Source of the DNA: Patescibacteria group bacterium
GTDB lineage: Bacteria; Patescibacteriota; Gracilibacteria; BD1-5; UBA6164
Direction of reading: 5' to 3'
Length of the DNA: 64,000 bases
NCBI GenBank assembly: GCA_034675265.1
Contig: JAUCDK010000001.1
Span: 30,358 to 94,357, forward strand
The translations under genes were made by a program, and so were the position numbers. The notes below the pieces were generated by a model. The model searched no databases and was not told the origin of the DNA. It saw only the letters and a list, made by a program, of their open reading frames with translations. Positions 21,952 to 32,403 of this stretch are shown piece after piece (within the stretch, counting starts at the first letter, position 1; every line of letters starts with the position of its first letter).

Positions 21952-22639
21952 TATAAAAGATTTACAAAAACTTGTACAATCTAAAGAATTTAGTGACTAT
22001 AGAAAAGAAAACAAAAAAAATCACATACTTTGAGAAAAAGTTTATGCTCGTAGAAAAGAACTTTGACTTACTCAAGCAGAACTTTGAGAAAAATCAAAAA
22101 TAGTACAAAACAAAATTTCTCAAATAGAAAGTTGAACATATGGAGAAAATATTTGAGACGATATTTTAGAAAGACTTTCAAATGCCTTAAATATCTCAAT
22201 TGATTATTTAAAAACAACAGATATTGAGAGAAAAACTTTTGAAATGTATAATTATGTTCTTTTAAAACTTTCGAAATCACCAGATCCATGGCAATTTATT
22301 AAAATAGCATATTTTATAGATTTAGAATCTGTAAAAAATTTTTGAAAACTCTTAACAAACTATATTTATGTGAGATATAGTTATGGTCCGTTTGATAAAA
22401 AAATGTATGATTATCAAAAAATATTTTCCATGGAAAATGAAAAATGATTTCAAGATGTAAAAAGTCTCTATTTATCTCGTGATGAAATGAAAATAATAGA
22501 TAGTGTCTTTGAAAAATATCCAGTAGAAAATTGAAGAGAGTTAATGAATTTATCCTATCAAACACCACCATTACAAAAACTTTGAGTCACTTGTGGAGAT
22601 GGAAAACATATGTATGAAGAACTGGATATGTTCGCATAG
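21941..22639 (+). CDS. XRE-HTH fused to a SocA/Panacea-like (DUF4065) antitoxin domain
   Basis: 232 aa. HTH LGEKVYARRKELGLTQAELGEKSKIVQNKISQIESG. C-terminal WQFIKIAYFIDLESVKNFGKLLTNYIYVRYSYGPFDKKMY. Confidence 0.6.
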
Positions 22640-22652
22640 TAATATTTTGTAA

Positions 22653-22684
22653 AAACAATTCTTTTTAAAAGGATTGTTTTTTCT
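22653..22684 (+). terminator. Intrinsic terminator after the toxin-antitoxin pair
   Basis: aaacaattc-tttttaaaa-ggattgttt (1 mismatch) plus a T-run. Confidence 0.5.
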
Positions 22685-22771
22685 TTGAGTTAGAGAATAA
22701 AACCTTGCATTCTTATCAAGAAAAACTATAATTAGATATATATAAATAGTACTAAAATGTAACAAATAATC

Positions 22772-25700
22772 ATGCTCAACGAAAACTCCATCGAACAATC
22801 TCTCATCCAAATCCTAACTTCTCAGTGATATACTTATTATTACTGACCAGAAATTTCTCCATATTCTCAAAATCCCATGAGAGCTGGATTTGATAATGTT
22901 TTACTTGAAACTGAACTGAAAAATTCTCTAAAAAAGATAAACCCATCACTTCCAGACTCAGTTTTAAGTGATGCTTTTTCTCAAATTCAAAACCTTGGAA
23001 CCACTGACATCATGAGCAATAATGAGACATTTCACACTATGCTATCGGATGGAGTAAATGTAGAATATTTCAAAGACTGAGTTTCAAAATGAATAAATGT
23101 TCAAATCCTTGATTTGCAAAACATAGAAAATAATTCTTTTATAGTAGTAAATCAATTTATTATTAAAGAGAATAATGCGGAAAAAAAGCTCGATGTAGTT
23201 ATTTTTGTAAATGGATTACCACTTGTAATTATTGAACTAAAAAATCCAATTGATGAAAATGCAACTCTAGATAATGCTTTTACTCAAATACAAAACTATA
23301 AAAATGCTGTTCCAAGTATATTTTATTATAATGCTATTTGTGTAATATCTGATTGAATAGAAGCGAAAACTGCTTCACTTTCAGCTCCATTTTCCAGATA
23401 TTTAGCCTGGAAATCACCAAATAAGTCAGAGAATGGAAAACTTCCAGAAATCCAACTTTTAGCTGAATATATGCTAGAAAAAGAAACTCTTTTAAAACTT
23501 ATTAGATACAATACCGTATTTGAAACAGAAGAAATAAAAGATGAAAAAACAGGTTTAGTAAATATCGTAAAAATCAAAAAAATTGCAGCATATCATCAAT
23601 ATTATGCTGTTCAAAAAGCTATTGAGGAAACTATCAGAGCCACAAGAGATGCTTGAGACAAAAAAGCTTGAGTTGTTTGGCATACTCAATGAAGCTGAAA
23701 ATCACTTTCTATGGTATTTTATACCTGACAACTTGTAGTTAGCCCAGAAATGGAAAATCCAACAATTGTTATTTTAACTGATAGAAATGATTTAGATGAA
23801 CAACTTTTTGCTACTTTTTGAAATTGTATTTCTCTTTTAAGACAAAAACCAGTTCAAGCAGAGTCAAGAGAACATTTAAAAGAATTATTAAAAGTAACTT
23901 GATGAGGAATAGTTTTTACCACTATTCAAAAATTTTACCCAGAAGATGGAAAAAATGAATTTGAAATGCTCTCAAATAGAAAAAATATTGTAGTAATTGC
24001 TGACGAAGCTCACAGAAGCCAATATGGATTTACTGGAAAAATAGTTGAGGATGATTTTTGAAATGTAGATATAAAATATTGAAATGCAAAATATTTAAGA
24101 GATGCTCTTCCAAATGCCTCTTTTATAGGTTTTACTTGAACACCTATAGAAAAAGAAGACAGAGATACAAAAAAAGTTTTTTGAGAATATATTGATATTT
24201 ATGACATAGCACAAGCCGTAAAAGATGGAGCAACCGTTCCTATAAGTTATGAATCAAGACTTGCAAAAATCAGATTTAATGAAAATGTTACTCATCAAAT
24301 AGATTCAAAAATAGAAAAAATTTCTTGAGCAACTGACGACCAAATAGAAAAAGCAAAAAAGATAAATGCTCAAATAAATGCTGTTGTATGACATCCTGAT
24401 AGACTCAAAGATATTGCAAAAGATATAGTTGAACATTTTGAAGAGAGACAAAAAACATTTGAATGAAAATCTATGATTGTTTGTATGACGAGACAAATAG
24501 CAGTTGATTTGTATGAACAAATTATTTCTCTTCGTCCAAATTGGCACGATAAAAAGCTTGAAAACTGAGTCATAAAAATAGTTATGACGAGTTCAAGTGA
24601 TGATCCAGAAAGTTTTCAACCTCATCATACTACAAAAGATCAAAGAAAAAAACTCGCTCTGAGACTGAAAGACACAAATGATAATTTAAAAATAGTTATT
24701 GTTCAATCAATGTGGTTGACTTGATTTGATGCTCCATGTTTAAACACTATGTACATTGATAAAAAAATGGAGTGAGCCAATCTGATGCAAGCAATTGCAA
24801 GAGTAAACAGAGTGTATAAAGACAAACCAGGATGACTTATAGTTGATTATATTGGTATCGGGCAAGATTTAAGAAATGCTATGGCTGTTTATACAGAAAG
24901 CGGGTGAGAATGAGAATCTGTTTCAGACATAAAAGAAATAATTGCTTGAATGAAAACAAAGTTTGAAATTGTAGAACAAATGTTTTTCTCGTATGATTAC
25001 AAATCTTATTTTTCTTCAAATGATGGAATGCAAAAACTTCAAATACTTTTGTGAGCTCAAAATTTTATTTTATCTGACGAAGAATTAAAAAATAGATTTC
25101 TTGCAGAAGTTTGAGCACTTTCAAAACTTTTTGCTATGAGTGTGCCAAGTGATGAAGCTGAAAAGTTAAGAGATGAAATAGCATTTTTTCAAGCGATAAA
25201 ATCAAGAATTAATAAATTTACTCCTTCGCAATGATTATCAAATACTCAAGTAAATAATGCAGTGAAACAAATTGTTGAAGAAGCTTTGGCAAGTGATGGA
25301 GTCATTGATATATTTGAAGCTGCTGGAATTAAAACACCAAGTTTAAGTATTTTATCAGAAGAATTTTTACTCGAAGTGAAAAATATGAAGCATAAAAATA
25401 TTGCTTTTGAACTGCTTAAAAAACTTTTAAATGAAGAGGTAAAATTAAGAAAATCAAAAAGTTTATCACAATGAAAAAAGTTTTCTGAAATGCTTTCAAA
25501 TACTATTAAAAGGTATCATAATAATCAAATTGATACAGCACAAGTTTTAGAAGAATTATCTGAAATTGCTCGTGAAATGCATTTAGAAGATAAAAAAGCA
25601 GAAGATATTTGATTGACAGTAGAAGAATATGCTTTTTATACAGTTTTGTCTCAAAATGATTCTACCAAATTTTTAGAAGATGAAAAGATGAAAGAATTAA

Positions 25701-25900
25701 TTCATGTAATAGTTGATATTGTCAGAAAAAATGCAACTGTGGATTGGGAAAAAAGAGATGATGTAAGAGCTAAATTAAGATTACTTGTAAAAAAAGTTTT
25801 GATGAGATATTGATATCCTCCTGATATTGCAAAAATTGAAGCAGATAGAGTTTTAGAGCAAAGTGAGCTTTTGGCGGAAGAGTTAACAAAAAAGAAGTAA
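22772..25900 (+). CDS. hsdR: Type I restriction-modification system, endonuclease/helicase subunit R
   Basis: 1042 aa. [21 protein letters not shown] nuclease core, [15 protein letters not shown] (motif I), [12 protein letters not shown] (DEAH). Five track ORFs join in one frame. Confidence 0.9.
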
Positions 25901-25921
25901 AAAGTTTTTAATTCTTTTATA

Positions 25922-25949
25922 TTGACTTATATGATTTTTTATATATAAA
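25922..25949 (+). promoter_or_regulatory. Sigma70-like promoter (TTGACT-16-TATAAA) for minigene A
   Basis: tatATTGACTt at 25918-25928; TATAAA at 25944-25949. Confidence 0.45.
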
Positions 25950-26020
25950 AGAATAACTCATTTTCTACAGTGTTTTAATTTTGAAGCACTGAGAGTGAAA
26001 TATATGGAAGGAGACAGGAT

Positions 26021-26245
26021 ATGGAAATCAATCTTATCACAATTATTCCGAGTATTTTCGTAATATATCTCTTGCTAGGTATCGTTCTCACGATAGGTCT
26101 TATCAGAGTTGAACGAAAAAGTTCAGTATATAGGACAAATAAGAAAATAGGTTGTAAAAAACGTATTTTAGTTCTTTGTCTTATTCTGCCATTTTTTGCG
26201 ATTTTAGTCTTTTTAGGCGTAAAATCGTTGAAAGTGTTCTCTTAA
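26021..26245 (+). CDS. Minigene A: 74-aa two-helix membrane protein, TGA-free, with Shine-Dalgarno
   Basis: ggaaggaga SD 8 nt upstream. MEINLITIIPSIFVIYLLLGIVLTIGLIRVERKSSVYRTNKKIGCKKRILVLCLILPFFAILVFLGV. Uses GC-rich codons rare elsewhere (ccg, ctc, acg, gcg). Strong terminator follows. Confidence 0.6.
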   Translation: MEINLITIIPSIFVIYLLLGIVLTIGLIRVERKSSVYRTNKKIGCKKRILVLCLILPFFAILVFLGVKSLKVFS

Positions 26246-26275
26246 AAAGGCTTGCATACGCAAGCCTTTTTTTTA
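26245..26275 (+). terminator. Strong intrinsic terminator of minigene A (overlaps the sufD stop codon)
   Basis: aggcttgc-atac-gcaagcct followed by T7. Confidence 0.75.
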
Positions 26276-26947
26276 ATTGAGAGATAAAAATTCTTCATAT
26301 AAATTATCATATAAATCTTTATCAAGCATTTCTAAACAAGTAAATGTTTTTTTGAAATAACTCTCTGTCATTAGTTTTATACTTGATTGAATATCAAGTC
26401 ATCTTGATTCAAGATAGAAAAGTTTATCTTCTTCAATTCTATGAGTTTTACTTGAGTGGCTTACTTGTACATCATTCGCATCAATAAATAAATTTGGAAG
26501 AGAACTGAGAGTTCATTTTTTCCCAATAAAAATATTTTCTAAATCTAAACTCGCTTCAATTTTCTCTGAATCTTTTGAAATATGAATACTGGAATCAATT
26601 CCAATATGACTTTCTTTTACTACAGAAATAATGTGAATATGAGAAACGGAATTATTTCCTGAAATATGTGAAGAAATATTTGATACAAGATTATGATTAT
26701 CTCAAATAAAAAGTCCTTTTACAGAGAGTTTTGAAGCATTATCTTTTTGATAAATAGAAATATTTTTTGGAGCATTACTACTAAAAAAAGTATAAAGATC
26801 TACTTTTGAATTTTCTCAAATAGAAAGAGTAATATCATTTTCTAAATCTTTGATAAAAAGGGAAGTATAAATATCTTTTTCAATTTCTATATGATTTCCA
26901 AAATGAGTATCAATTTGATAAAATCAGGTTTTTGTAATATTTGACAT
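26273..26947 (-). CDS. sufD: Fe-S cluster assembly protein SufD (short form)
   Basis: 224 aa. SufBD-family C-terminal signature VQVSHSSKTHRIEEDKLFYLESRGL. Last gene of sufCBD. Confidence 0.7.
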
Positions 26948-26968
26948 TTTTAAATTTTTAAATATAAA
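26941..26968 (+). promoter_or_regulatory. Sigma70-like promoter (TTGACA-16-TATAAA) facing minigene B; overlaps the sufD start codon
   Basis: TTGACA 26941-26946, TATAAA 26963-26968. Would give a leader of about 135 nt. Confidence 0.4.
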
Positions 26969-27110
26969 GTACAGACTCTAATAATTGTATGGGACAAAAA
27001 TGAACATTTGATGTCTTTTTTGCTTTTCTATACAAAATTTACAGTATCAACATAGTATTTCCTAAAATATTTTTCATTATTTTGTAATAATTGGAAGCAG
27101 GAAGCCTATA

Positions 27111-27323
27111 ATGCAAATCAAACAAGGTCTTGAAATTACAACCTCATTTCTCCATGATTCGAAAGGAATTAAAGCAAATCAGTCTTATATTGCTGCTAGA
27201 AGAGCAAATGTAAAGGGAAGAGTTTTAAGGTGTGTTCCTGGTAACGGTGGAGATGTTTGGTTTGTTGAACATCATGACACACGAGATATTGCAGTATATT
27301 CATCTCTTGAACTAACTCAATAA
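27111..27323 (+). CDS. Minigene B: 70-aa soluble protein, TGA-free
   Basis: MQIKQGLEITTSFLHDSKGIKANQSYIAARRANVKGRVLRCVPGNGGDVWFVEHHDTRDIAVYSSLELTQ. aggaag 8 nt upstream. Sits between sufD and sufB on the opposite strand. Confidence 0.55.
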   Translation: MQIKQGLEITTSFLHDSKGIKANQSYIAARRANVKGRVLRCVPGNGGDVWFVEHHDTRDIAVYSSLELTQ

Positions 27324-27377
27324 TCTTATTGACTCTTGCCCGAGTATAAAGGGCTTTTTTATTTTCCAAATAAATTT

Positions 27378-28781
27378 TTAAAACCCTCATTCAAATTCCA
27401 TACTTATAAGTACATTCATTTCACTTGCATATTCAAGAGGTAATTCTTTTAAAATTGGACTGATAAATCCATTTACCAAAATTGAAGTTGCTTCATTTTC
27501 GCTCATTCATCTACTCATAAGATAAAATAAATCTTGTTCATTTACTTTTCCAGCTGTTGCTTCATGTGCAACTGTTGAGAAACTATTTCCTATTTTAATA
27601 TTTGGAATAGCATTATTTACAGAAATTTCATCTAAAATAAGTCCATCACAATCAATTTTTGAAACACTTCCTGTTGCACTTGGTTTTATATCAACCAGTC
27701 ATCTATACGTTGAAATTCCACCTCATTTTGAAAGAGATTTTGAAGCAATATTTGAAGTAGTATTTTTTCAAATATGAATTACTTTTGCTCCAGTATCTTG
27801 ATTTTGTCCAGAATTTGCAAATGCAATTCCTAAATGTTCTGCTTTTGAATAATCTCAAACAAGTACACTACAAGGATAAAGCATAGTGGTATTACTTCCA
27901 AGATTTCCTCAAACCCATTCTATAAAACCTTTTTCTTGTACAATAGCTCTTTTTGTATTGAGATTATATGTATCTAAACTCCAGTTTTCTACTGATGAAT
28001 ATCTCATATGTGAATTTTTTCAAACAAAAATTTCTACTCATCCAGCATGAAGAGAATTTTCATCATATTTTGGAGCACTACATCATTCAATATAATGAGC
28101 TTCACTATCATCTTCTAAAATGATAAGAGTATGTTCAAATTGTCATCCAGATTTTACATTCATACGGAAATACGATTGTAATGGTTCAGAAATTTTTACT
28201 CCAGCTGGAATGTATAAAAATGTTCATCCACTCCAAACTGCATAGTGAAGTGCAGAGAATTTATGATCAGCAAGAGGAATTGATTTTGAAAAATATTTTT
28301 TAATAATAGCTTCATATTCAGGAACTTTCAGAGCATGAGTTAAATCATCAAAAATAACTCACTCTTTTTTTATTTCTTCTTTGAGAGAATGATATACAGT
28401 TTCACTATCATATTGAGCTCCAACTCAAGCAAGTGCTTTTTTTTCTGCTTCAGGAATTCCAAGTCTATCAAAAGTTTTTTTGATATTTTCAGGAACATTT
28501 TCCCAAGATTTATTATTTCCAGCACCTTGTGGTTTTGCAAAATAATAAATACTATCTAAATCTAGTTTTTGTAAATCTGGTCACCAATTTGGCATTGGTT
28601 TAGAATTATAAATTTCCAGTGCTTTGAGTCTTATAGCTAACATCCATTCAGGTTCTTGATTTGACATAGAAATTTGTCTTACTACTTGCTCATTTATTCA
28701 GGCAACAAGCTCTGAAGTATAATTTACTTCATCATGAAAATTCCAAGTTCAAGAGATGTTTATATTGTTTGGGTTTGACAT
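27378..28781 (-). CDS. sufB: Fe-S cluster assembly protein SufB
   Basis: 467 aa. [65 protein letters not shown]. Frame fully checked. Confidence 0.9.
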
Positions 28782-28860
28782 TTTTGTTATTTTAAATATA
28801 AGGGTATTACTTTCTTTGGTCCAGTTAAACTTTTAACTTTGTGATAGAGGAGGAAAAGTC

Positions 28861-29040
28861 ATGATTATGATTTATTATGTAGGAGGAAAAAAACAAGAAT
28901 TGTTTGTTGTTTCCTCCTCAGATGAAAGGATGTTTAAGAAATATCCAGGAGGGTATTTTAACCAAAGGCAATTAGCAGGATTTGTGTCATCATGTATTGG
29001 CATTCCTTCAAAAAATATCCATCAGGTTTCCCTTTCATAA
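28861..29040 (+). CDS. Minigene C: 59-aa protein, TGA-free, strong Shine-Dalgarno
   Basis: agaggagga SD. MIMIYYVGGKKQELFVVSSSDERMFKKYPGGYFNQRQLAGFVSSCIGIPSKNIHQVSLS. Below the 60-aa cutoff of the track. An internal aggaggaaa...tttcctcct hairpin lies at 28881-28918. Confidence 0.5.
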   Translation: MIMIYYVGGKKQELFVVSSSDERMFKKYPGGYFNQRQLAGFVSSCIGIPSKNIHQVSLS

Positions 29041-29056
29041 GTGATTACGGCAGAAT

Positions 29057-29087
29057 GCTAGGTATCAAATACCTAGCTCTTTTTTTA
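29057..29087 (+). terminator. Strong intrinsic terminator of minigene C (abuts the sufC stop)
   Basis: gctaggtat-caa-atacctagc followed by tcttttttt. Confidence 0.75.
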
Positions 29088-29819
29088 TTCAAAACCATTT
29101 TCAATGATACTTTTTACTACTTCTTTTCCTCAAGTTTTTTGCACTTCTCAATTTTTTAATACATATACAGTATCAAAATCAATATAATCAACGATTTTAA
29201 AATGGTGAGTAATGATAATAATAGAATTATTTTCATTATTCATTTTTTTGATGTGCTCAGCAACAATTTTAAAAGCGTTAATATCAAGTCAAGAATCGAT
29301 TTCATCAAGTATAATGTATTTTGGATTCAAAAGTTTTGCTTGGAGTAATTCGATTTTTCTTTTTTCTCCACCACTAAATCATACATTTAAATCTCTTGAT
29401 AGAAAATTTTCATCGATTTCTAATTCTTGTAAAAATTTTGCAACAAATCTTTTAAATATAAAAGGGGAAAGTGCTTTTGTTTCTGGAGATGAAATTTTTA
29501 AATAATTATTATAAATAATTCTTAAATATTCTCACAAATGAATTCCAGGAATTTCTGGTACATTTTGAAATGATAAAAAAAGTCCTGCTTGAGCTCTTTC
29601 TGACGTATCCATTTCTAATAAATTTTTTCCATCAATATATGCTTCTCAAGAAATAAATTCATAACTAGGGCTTCACATAAGGAAACTTGATAAACTTGAT
29701 TTTCCACTTCCATTTTTTCAAAGTACAAGATAATTTTTCCCTGATTCAAAGTTGATATTTACTCATTTTAAAATCTCTTTATCTCACACATTTATTTTTA
29801 AATTTTTTACTTCAATCAT
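29085..29819 (-). CDS. sufC: Fe-S cluster assembly ATPase SufC
   Basis: 244 aa. Walker A LGKNGSGKSS (first Gly is TGA 29718-29720), signature FSGGEKRK, Walker B IILDEIDSG. Confidence 0.9.
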
Positions 29820-30078
29820 AAAATTTTAATATTACTAAATTAGTCATATTTTAATGAAAAAATAGAATTTTCAAGTTTTGTTTCAAAAATTTGTACAAGG
29901 GGTCATAAAGCCAAAAAATTATGATGAATATCGCAAAAAATACAATTGTTAATACTTTGTGAAAAACTCATTTTTTTTCTCTTAAAATAAATAAATAAAT
30001 TGTCTAGCAATTTTTTTCACCTTTTTAAAAATTAGTGTTGACTTTATTTTAAAAAAGAGTAAATATAAATCATCAGAA

Positions 30079-31086
30079 ATGAGGAAAACAAAAACAAAAA
30101 AATCACTTATTAACATCTTTTTAACAAAAATGAAGAAAAAAGAAGAAAAAAGTTTCGAAGATTTACATATATCAGTATTATTACACGAGTTAGTAGAAAA
30201 TATTGTCATTTTTAAAAATAAACAAAATATTATCGTTGATTGTACTTTGTGAATGGGATGACATGCAAGAGAAGTTTTAAAAAAGTTAAAAAAATGAGAT
30301 ATCTTTATTTGATTTGATGCAGATAAGAGGAATTTAGACATAGTAAGACCAGAATTAGAAAAAGAATTTGCCGAATCATGAATCGAACTTAAATTTATAA
30401 ATGATAATTTTCTAAATTTAAGAAAAAGATTAGAGGAACAAGAAATATCTACTATTACATGAATTTATTATGATTTGGGGATTTCCTCACTTCATGTAGA
30501 TGAAGCTGAAAGATGATTTAGTTTTAAATTAGATGGGCCACTTGATATGAGATTTGATACAAGTAAGTGAGCTACAGCAGCACATATTGTAAATTCATAC
30601 ACACAAAGTGATTTATTAAAAATTTTTAGGGAATATGGTGAAGAACCAAGCGCAAGAAAAATAGCTGATGAAATCGTACTTCAAAGAAAAAAGTGAATGA
30701 GATTTAAAACAACAAAAGAATTATCAGATTTAATTGCAGGAATTTCAAAATTTCCTAAAAGTAAAAATAGAATCTTCCAAGCTCTAAGAATTGAAACAAA
30801 TAAAGAATTGGAAGTAATTGAGCAATCAGTGCTAGATGCAATTGATATGCTTCAAGAATGAGGGAGTATTTTTATAATAAGCTTTCATTCGTTAGAAGAT
30901 AGAATAGTGAAACATATTTTTAAACAAGAGAGTAGAGATTGTATATGTAGTGAAATTTTATGTGTGTGTCACCATAAAAAACAATTAAAAATTTCGACAA
31001 AAAAACCGATACTTCCAAGTGATGATGAAGTAAAATCGAATCCAAGAAGTAGGAGTGCAAAAGCCAGATTTGCAATAAAAATCTAA
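30079..31086 (+). CDS. rsmH: 16S rRNA (cytosine1402-N4)-methyltransferase
   Basis: 335 aa (alternative ATG at 30130). [51 protein letters not shown]. Confidence 0.9.
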
Positions 31087-31118
31087 ATAAAAATTAAAAT
31101 CTAACACTACGCTGCAAA

Positions 31119-31487
31119 ATGAATCCAAATTTAATAGTAATAAAAAAATGACACTTTAGATTTTTCTCAGAAAGAAAGACAACAAGAGAAAATTTCAAAT
31201 TAGGAGTCAACACAACATACATATTAGCGTTACTGTTTATTGGGTTTTTAGGAATCTATTATGTTTGGACTTTGAATGTAAATGCTACCAAATGATATAA
31301 TATCAGAAATTTAGAATTATTAAAAAACAATTTAACAGTAGAAAAAGAGCTATTAGAAGTAAAGATTTCAGAATTAGAAAGTTTATCAAGTTTAACAAAA
31401 TGGGAATGAATTAACAATATGGAAAAACTTGGAAACGCACAATTTCTTGTAGTAAAAGATATGAAATGATATGCTTTTAATTATTAA
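31119..31487 (+). CDS. FtsL-like single-pass cell-division protein
   Basis: 122 aa. TM TTYILALLFIGFLGIYYVW followed by a coiled coil. Sits right after rsmH, as in dcw clusters. Confidence 0.4.
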
Positions 31488-31496
31488 AACAATAAA

Positions 31497-31531
31497 ATAA
31501 GTCAAAAATAAAAATTGACTTATTTTTTTTA
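31497..31531 (+). terminator. Intrinsic terminator
   Basis: ataagtcaa-9 nt-ttgacttat plus T8. Confidence 0.65.
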
Positions 31532-31571
31532 TTGTTATTATTTATTTGTTTTGTACACGTAAGAGATATGT

Positions 31572-32180
31572 ATGCCAGAAAGTTTAAAAAAATTAATTAA
31601 TATTATCAATTTTTTACCATGAATTTGAGAAAAATCAGCAACAAAACTTGCCTTTTTTTTGCTTCATTCAAATAAAAATTATCTTGAAAATTTTTCTCAA
31701 GCATTAAATCATCTCCATGGAAGTATTGCAAAATGTGAAATGTGTGGAAGCTTGATTGATGCGGGGAAACATATTTGTGAAATTTGTGCTTCTTGAGATA
31801 GACAAACAAATATTATTTGTGTAGTTGAAGAATATTTGGATATGGTAACTATTGAAAATTCAAAAATTTTTAATGGAAGATACCATATTTTATGATGAGC
31901 TATTTCACCAATTAATGGAGTTTTTATTTGAGATTTAAATTTTGAAAACTTATTTAAAAGAATTTCAGATTTTGATGGAGATTTAGAACTTATTATGGCG
32001 ACAAATCCAAATATTGAATGAGAAGCAACAGTTCAGTATATTTTAGGGGAGTTAGAAAAAAGATGACTCAAAAAATTTGTGAAAGTAACGAGATTATCAA
32101 GATGACTTTCAAGTTGATATTTAGAATATGCGGATAATATTACTTTGATAAATTCAATTAAAGAAAGAAAAGAAATATAA
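31572..32180 (+). CDS. recR: Recombination protein RecR
   Basis: 202 aa. HhH LPGIGEKSATKLAFF, Zn finger CEMCGSLIDAGKHICEIC, Toprim ICVVEEYLDMVTIE and ATNPNIEGEATV. Confidence 0.9.
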
Positions 32181-32203
32181 AATTTACTTTTTAATAGAGA
32201 ATT

Positions 32204-32389
32204 ATGACAGAATTTGCACCAACTGGAAGTAATCCAAAAATGACTCGTTCTCAAGTAAGAAGATATATGCGTGAGATGGAGGAAAAAAGAACAAAAGCAC
32301 AATTAGAGCTTGAAAAAGCTCGTTTGGCTTGAGAATTACATAATGAGGAAGATTTGGAAGATTTAGATAAAAAAATAGATGATTTATAA
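32204..32389 (+). CDS. Small charged hypothetical protein (61 aa)
   Basis: MTEFAPTGSNPKMTRSQVRRYMREMEEKRTKAQLELEKARLAGELHNEEDLEDLDKKIDDL. Contains one TGA=Gly. Confidence 0.4.
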
Positions 32390-32403
32390 TCATCTATTTT
32401 TAT
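32372..32403. terminator. Bidirectional terminator between convergent genes
   Basis: atagatgatt-tata-aatcatctat with flanking A- and T-runs. Overlaps both stop codons. Confidence 0.6.

Noticed and set aside
27338-27362. Terminator after minigene B (gccc-9 nt-gggc plus T-run)
   Set aside because: The stem is only 4 bp with a 9-nt loop, too weak to call confidently. It is mentioned only as possible.
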